DNA of 45,920 nt from Actinomycetota bacterium (GTDB lineage: Bacteria; Actinomycetota; Acidimicrobiia; Spongiisociales; UBA5794), in NCBI GenBank assembly GCA_030125685.1, contig JASJYA010000002.1, positions 1 through 45,920 on the forward strand. Reading direction: 5' to 3'. The notes beneath the pieces are model-generated. The model did no database searches. It was not told the origin of the DNA and was given only the letters and a program-made list of their open reading frames with translations. Of this stretch, positions 41,854 to 45,920 are shown in pieces; position 1 is the first letter of the stretch, and each line of letters opens with the position of its first letter. The position numbers and the translations under genes are program-made.

Positions 41854-42996
41854 TCAGCGAATCAGGATCTGTACCGTGCATGCGGCTCCTTCGATGCCGA
41901 CGGCTTTTCCTCCCCGACAGTGGGCGAGTCCCACTCTTACGCCTTCGATCTGACGATCACCTGCTTCGCCTCGTAGTTGCCTCACGAGTTCGACGACCTG
42001 GGCCACGCCTGTGCCTCCCAATGGATGACCTTTCCCGAGGAGACCGCCGCTTGGGTTGATCGGCAGCCTTCCGTCGATGTTGGCCTCGCCGCGTTCGACC
42101 GCCCACGGGTAGCTTCCCTGCTCGAAGAGCCCAAGGCCTTCCACTCTGAGCACTTCAGCGATGCTGAAGCAGTCGTGGACTTCGGCGAAATCGACCTCAT
42201 CGGGACCGATGCCGGACTTCTCGTAGGCTTCCTTGGCTGTTGCCCATGTGAGCGGCTCGTACGTCATCGAGGTCGGCTCGACATCGACCGATCCGGATCG
42301 CAGCGTCGATGCGGCGAGCCGAACGCCACGTCCGTTTGCGTACTTCTTTGCCGCCGTGTCGCTCATCACGATCACCGCCGCTGCACCGTCCGTGATGGGG
42401 GAGCAGTCGTGCAGCCGGAGCGGATCTGCAATCGGGCGTGACTCGAGGACATCGGCTACGGTGATCTCCTTGCGGAAGTGGGCGAGTGGGTTCGCCGCAG
42501 CGTTCGCCTTGTTCTTGACCGGGATCAGCGCAAGCTGCTCCCTCGTCATCCCGTATTCCTCCATGTAGCGTGTCGCGCGCATCGCGTACACGCCCGGCAT
42601 CGTTGCACCGACCGCAGCCTCAGGGTCGCTCGGGTCGGGAGTGAGGGCGCCTGAGAACCTGGTCGTGAGATGTTCGGTTCCGATCGCGACGACGACGTCG
42701 TTCTCCCCGGCGCGGATGGCGAGTGACGCTTCCCTGATGGCTGTTGCACCGCTGCTGCATGCGTTCTCGACGTTGGCGAGGGGCAGGCCGGCCAGTCCGA
42801 CCTGTGCGAGGATCCGTTGCCCCGTGACCATGCCCTGAAACACATGACCGACGTAGGCGGCCTCAATGATTCGGGGGTCGATACCTGCGTCGGCGACCGC
42901 CTCGAGCAGGGCGGCAGCGCCGAGGTCTGTTGCGTCACTGTCCGGGTGCTTCCCGAAGCGGGTCATGCCGACCCCTACGACGTGGACATCAGTCAT
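41854..42996 (-). CDS. Thiolase-domain protein (SCP-x / non-specific lipid-transfer-type thiolase)
   Basis: 380 aa from the ATG at 42996 (SD GGAGG). Present are VVGVGMTRFGK, the active-site NACSSGATA, and the C-terminal NPSGGLLGKGHPLGGTG. Confidence 0.85.
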   Translation of the reverse strand: MTDVHVVGVGMTRFGKHPDSDATDLGAAALLEAVADAGIDPRIIEAAYVGHVFQGMVTGQRILAQVGLAGLPLANVENACSSGATAIREASLAIRAGENDVVVAIGTEHLTTRFSGALTPDPSDPEAAVGATMPGVYAMRATRYMEEYGMTREQLALIPVKNKANAAANPLAHFRKEITVADVLESRPIADPLRLHDCSPITDGAAAVIVMSDTAAKKYANGRGVRLAASTLRSGSVDVEPTSMTYEPLTWATAKEAYEKSGIGPDEVDFAEVHDCFSIAEVLRVEGLGLFEQGSYPWAVERGEANIDGRLPINPSGGLLGKGHPLGGTGVAQVVELVRQLRGEAGDRQIEGVRVGLAHCRGGKAVGIEGAACTVQILIR

Positions 42997-43411
42997 TGTC
43001 AGCCTCCGCGGGTCGGAATCGGTAGCCGGTGAGTGCGTTTCCGTCCTCGTCCTTACCGAAGGGTTCAAGCACAAGCGTCATCGGCATGCCGATCGCTATC
43101 TCATCGAACTCGACACCGACAATCTGGCCCATGATGCGGACGCCTTCGGGGAAATCGACGTATCCGAGGGCGTAGGGAACCTCGAAGGCCGGTGTCGACT
43201 GCCTTACTATCGTGTAGGTGTAGAGGGTCCCCTCGGTCGAGAACTTGACGGTTTCGAGGTCCTGACCCAGACACCCGGCGCAGGCTTGCCGTATTGGGAA
43301 GAAGTGGGCGCCGCACGATCGGCATTTGCTGCCGAGGAGGTTCCCCGTTCCATCCGATCGGACCTCGAGCTCACCCGGTCGGAACGACTCTCCGATCACA
43401 GTTGTGGTCAA
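42989..43411 (-). CDS. DUF35 OB-fold / Zn-ribbon protein (thiolase partner)
   Basis: About 140 aa from the TTG at 43411 (SD GAAGGAGGAG). It has the Zn-ribbon CRSCGAHFFPIRQACAGC followed by an OB fold, and overlaps the thiolase start by 8 nt. The start is uncertain. Confidence 0.7.
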   Translation of the reverse strand: MTTTVIGESFRPGELEVRSDGTGNLLGSKCRSCGAHFFPIRQACAGCLGQDLETVKFSTEGTLYTYTIVRQSTPAFEVPYALGYVDFPEGVRIMGQIVGVEFDEIAIGMPMTLVLEPFGKDEDGNALTGYRFRPAEADND

Positions 43412-43620
43412 TTCTCCTCCTTCATGGACCGACCGATTGCTGTCAGCGCTCGGCGGAGAGCGCGCAACCGTCCGTCCGTTCGGTCGACTATGTCGAGTGT
43501 CTACTGCGAACCATGGCTCCGTCAATGAGTCATCGGCTCCATTTGCGTGATGCAAAGGACCCATATGAAGTTTCGCCCGTGCCAGGTCGGGCGCTTCGTG
43601 CGGTGGATCAGTCTGGTGAG

Positions 43621-43636
43621 TGATGCATTTGCATCA
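43621..43636. promoter_or_regulatory. Perfect 7-bp inverted repeat TGATGCA-tt-TGCATCA in the AT-richer divergent region
   Basis: Read directly. It lies between the DUF35-thiolase-prpF operon (minus) and the IPMS-like/iorA genes (plus). Confidence 0.35.
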
Positions 43637-43698
43637 TGAAAATGACACAGGAGCCGGATTGTCAGCAGGGCGAGTACCTGGGATTCTGGATCTAGCCA

Positions 43699-43712
43699 AC
43701 CGACCGGCCGGA
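43699..43712 (-). promoter_or_regulatory. Operator-like site, site 3 of the recurrent motif (minus-strand reading TCCGGCCGGTCGGT)
   Basis: The plus strand reads ACCGACCGGCCGGA. Its reverse complement matches the 35868 site at 12/14 positions. It lies 28-41 nt upstream of the proposed GTG start at 43740. Confidence 0.4.
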
Positions 43713-43739
43713 CGGCTTGGTTTTCGAGGAGGTGAACAC

Positions 43740-44993
43740 GTGGTGCAAGGAGACGAGAACAGCACGAGAGAACGAGAGTTGCTCTACGACTGGAACAAGA
43801 TCGGAGAAGGAGGCATCGCCGCGCCAGGCACTGTGGAGATCGATGACGAGACATTGCGCGACGGCTTGCAGAGTCCGTCCGTCCGCCAACCGAATCTCGA
43901 AGAAAAGCTCGACATCCTCCATCGGATGGCTGGACTCGGCATCCATGCCGCAGATCTTGGGTACCCGAGCGCTGATCCCGTTGTGCTCGACCATGTCGTA
44001 GCTCTCGCTGAGGAGATTGCGAACGAGAGGCTCGACATCGAACCCAACTGCGCAGGTCGCACGCACGCGTCTGACATCCTGCCCATTGCTGAGGCTCAGC
44101 AGCGCTCCGGTGTAGCCATCGAAGCGGCTTTGTTTCTCGGCTCCAGTCCGATCCGCCAGTTCGTTGAGGGTTGGGACGCCGACTTCCTCGTACGGACAAC
44201 CGTCGATGCCGTCACTCTCGCCCGAAAAGAGGGTCTCGAGGTCATGTACGTCACCGAGGACACGACGAGGGCCCGCCCAGATGTTCTGAAACGGGTGTAC
44301 ACAGCCGCCATCGAGGCAGGTGCACGTCGTATCTGTCTTTCGGACACCGTCGGCCATGCCACACCGTGGGGCGTTCGAGCGTTGGTGATGTTTGCCAGGG
44401 AGATTGTCGAGGAGTCGGGCGAAGACGTGAAGATCGATTGGCACGGTCATCGGGATCGAAACCTCAGCGTGGTCAACTCGCTCGCAGCGCTCTCGGCTGG
44501 TGCGGACCGGGTACATGGATGCGGACTCGGGATTGGCGAGCGCGTCGGGAACACGCCCATGGAGATGCTTCTTGTCAACCTGAAGCTTCTCGGTTGGCTT
44601 GACACAGACTTGCATGGATTGCCCGCCTACTGTGAGGCGATCTCCAAGGCGACGGACACGCCCATACCGAACAACAGTCCAGCTATCGGGAAGGACGCCT
44701 TCGAAACCAGTACGGGCGTTCATGCCGCCGCGGTTCTCAAAGCGCTCCGAACCGGTGACACATGGCTCGCGAACCGCATCTACAGCGGGGTTCCTGCGGA
44801 CGAACTCGGGCGTGAGCAGGAGATAACGGTCGGGCCGATGAGCGGCAAAGCCAACGCGGTTGCCTGGTTGGACAAGCGTGGGCACCCGTGTGACGACCCG
44901 ACGGTTGACAAGATCCTGGCCGTGGCCAAGACATCTGACCATGTCCTTCGCGAGGACGAGATCCTCGAGTTGCTGAGCACAGCCAACACATAA
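43740..44993 (+). CDS. HMGL-like DRE-TIM metallolyase (2-isopropylmalate / homocitrate / citramalate synthase family, no LeuA regulatory domain)
   Basis: Present are LYDWNK...IDDETLRDGLQSPSV, ...SDTVGHATP and ...HGHRDRNLSVVNSLAALSAGADRVHG. The GTG at 43740 follows SD GGAGG; the ORF is open from 43620. Confidence 0.75.
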   Translation: MVQGDENSTRERELLYDWNKIGEGGIAAPGTVEIDDETLRDGLQSPSVRQPNLEEKLDILHRMAGLGIHAADLGYPSADPVVLDHVVALAEEIANERLDIEPNCAGRTHASDILPIAEAQQRSGVAIEAALFLGSSPIRQFVEGWDADFLVRTTVDAVTLARKEGLEVMYVTEDTTRARPDVLKRVYTAAIEAGARRICLSDTVGHATPWGVRALVMFAREIVEESGEDVKIDWHGHRDRNLSVVNSLAALSAGADRVHGCGLGIGERVGNTPMEMLLVNLKLLGWLDTDLHGLPAYCEAISKATDTPIPNNSPAIGKDAFETSTGVHAAAVLKALRTGDTWLANRIYSGVPADELGREQEITVGPMSGKANAVAWLDKRGHPCDDPTVDKILAVAKTSDHVLREDEILELLSTANT

Positions 44994-45028
44994 TGACTAT
45001 CGACACGGAACCTCGTGTGGAGGCCGGA

Positions 45029-45920
45029 ATGAGCGTTCTCCTTTCCGGCAACGAGGCAGTGGCGCGCGGAGCTGTTGAAGCCGGAGCACTCGTCGCCGTT
45101 GGCTACCCGGGGACGCCGAGTACCGAGATCCTCGAATCGATCGCCGACCGTGACGACATGGATGTCCGCTGGTCGACGAACGAGAAAGTGGCGCTCGATG
45201 TGGCTCTCGGCGCGTCTCTTGGAGGCGTCAGAGTTCTGACGACGATGAAGCACGTTGGTCTCAATGTCGCCGCGGACACGTTCATGACCATGGCCTACAC
45301 AGGGGTCGGGGCCGGTCTCGTGATCGTGGTTGCAGACGATCCCGGCATGCACAGTTCCCAGAACGAACAGGACACTCGGGCGTATGCACGAATGGCCGGC
45401 GTGCCTCTGCTCGAGCCAAGCGACAGTGCCGAGGCGAAGGAGTTCACGGCACTCGCGTTCGATATCTCAGAGGAGTTCGACACTCCGGTACTTGTTCGCA
45501 CAACAACACGTGTCTCGCACAATCGGGGTGTCGTTGAGCTTGGTCCCCGGGTCGACAGGCCGGTCACGGGCTTCGATCGCAACCCGCAGAAATACGTCAT
45601 GATTCCCGGCCACGCCCGCACACGGCGCCCCCTGTTCCTCGAACGCCTCAAACGCCTCGTCGACTACGTTGAGGAGAGTCCATTGACAGTCGAGTCGGGC
45701 AGCGGCACGGACCTCGGTGTCGTGACCTCGGGCATCGCGCACCACTATGTCCGGGAAGTGCTTCCCGACGGAAGGGTTCTCAAACTCGGCATGAGCTACC
45801 CGCTCCCCATCGAGCGGATCAGGGAGTTCGCTCGATCTGTTGACAGGCTCTTCGTGGTTGAGGAGCTTGACCCGTGGGTGGAGAACGACATACTCGCAGC
45901 AGGCATCGCTGTTGAGGGGA
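45029..45920 (+). CDS. iorA: Indolepyruvate/arylpyruvate:ferredoxin oxidoreductase alpha subunit (IorA), 5' part; runs off the window
   Basis: Present are LLSGNEAVARGAVEAGALVAVGYPGTPSTEILE..., NEKVALDVALGAS, MKHVGLNVAAD and ADDPGMHSSQNEQDTR. The ATG at 45029 follows SD GGAGG at 5-nt spacing; an alternative coupled ATG lies at 44993 (TAATG). No stop occurs before 45920. Confidence 0.85.
   Translation, partial: MSVLLSGNEAVARGAVEAGALVAVGYPGTPSTEILESIADRDDMDVRWSTNEKVALDVALGASLGGVRVLTTMKHVGLNVAADTFMTMAYTGVGAGLVIVVADDPGMHSSQNEQDTRAYARMAGVPLLEPSDSAEAKEFTALAFDISEEFDTPVLVRTTTRVSHNRGVVELGPRVDRPVTGFDRNPQKYVMIPGHARTRRPLFLERLKRLVDYVEESPLTVESGSGTDLGVVTSGIAHHYVREVLPDGRVLKLGMSYPLPIERIREFARSVDRLFVVEELDPWVENDILAAGIAVEG

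Noticed and set aside
10850-45920. Calling the aromatic island a mobile element or genomic island with defined borders.
   Set aside because: No integrase, transposase, tRNA gene or flanking direct repeats are visible in the window. The right border lies beyond the window, so only a functional 'island' can be claimed.

Overview
This is a high-GC (about 60-65% by eye, not computed) bacterial chromosome segment. Genes are densely packed, with many 4-8 bp start/stop overlaps (ATGA/GTGA), GTG/TTG starts and some probable leaderless starts. That style resembles Actinomycetota-like genomes, but the taxon cannot be fixed from this window. Positions 1-10.8 kb are housekeeping: a thioredoxin-like gene, a TPP enzyme, a decayed Na/Pi-cotransporter pseudogene, uppP, plsY, moeA-moaC-mogA/moaB, a membrane-protein plus translin-family pair, and an S9 peptidase. 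From about 10.85 kb to the window end lies an aryl-CoA (benzoate/phenylacetate-type) catabolic island with these parts. (1) A tetR gene translationally coupled to a four-subunit Bzd/Azoarcus-type class I ATP-dependent benzoyl-CoA reductase plus a 90-aa Cys protein. (2) About 5 kb of unrelated cargo: a P-type ATPase, a beta-helix pseudogene with an in-frame amber codon, and an orphan PD-(D/E)xK-like gene. (3) had-oah-dch, the ring-hydrolysis module of the anaerobic benzoyl-CoA pathway. (4) boxC-boxB (the aerobic hybrid 'box' pathway) running directly into an hcrCAB-type 4-hydroxybenzoyl-CoA-reductase trio, with no boxA in the window. (5) A divergent benzoate-CoA ligase, a Zn-ADH and a PaaK-family ligase. 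(6) A LivKGFHM-type ABC importer. (7) A PrpF/thiolase/DUF35 operon facing an isopropylmalate-synthase-like gene and a partial iorA. No rRNA, tRNA, CRISPR array, transposase or integrase was recognised. The most notable observations are the boxCB-hcrCAB fusion without boxA, a class I benzoyl-CoA reductase with no linked ferredoxin gene in this genome style, and a recurrent ACCGG-N-C-N-GTCGGT operator-like motif in three island promoters that defines a candidate TetR regulon. Two striking heptamer arrays also sit in divergent promoters of the housekeeping part.
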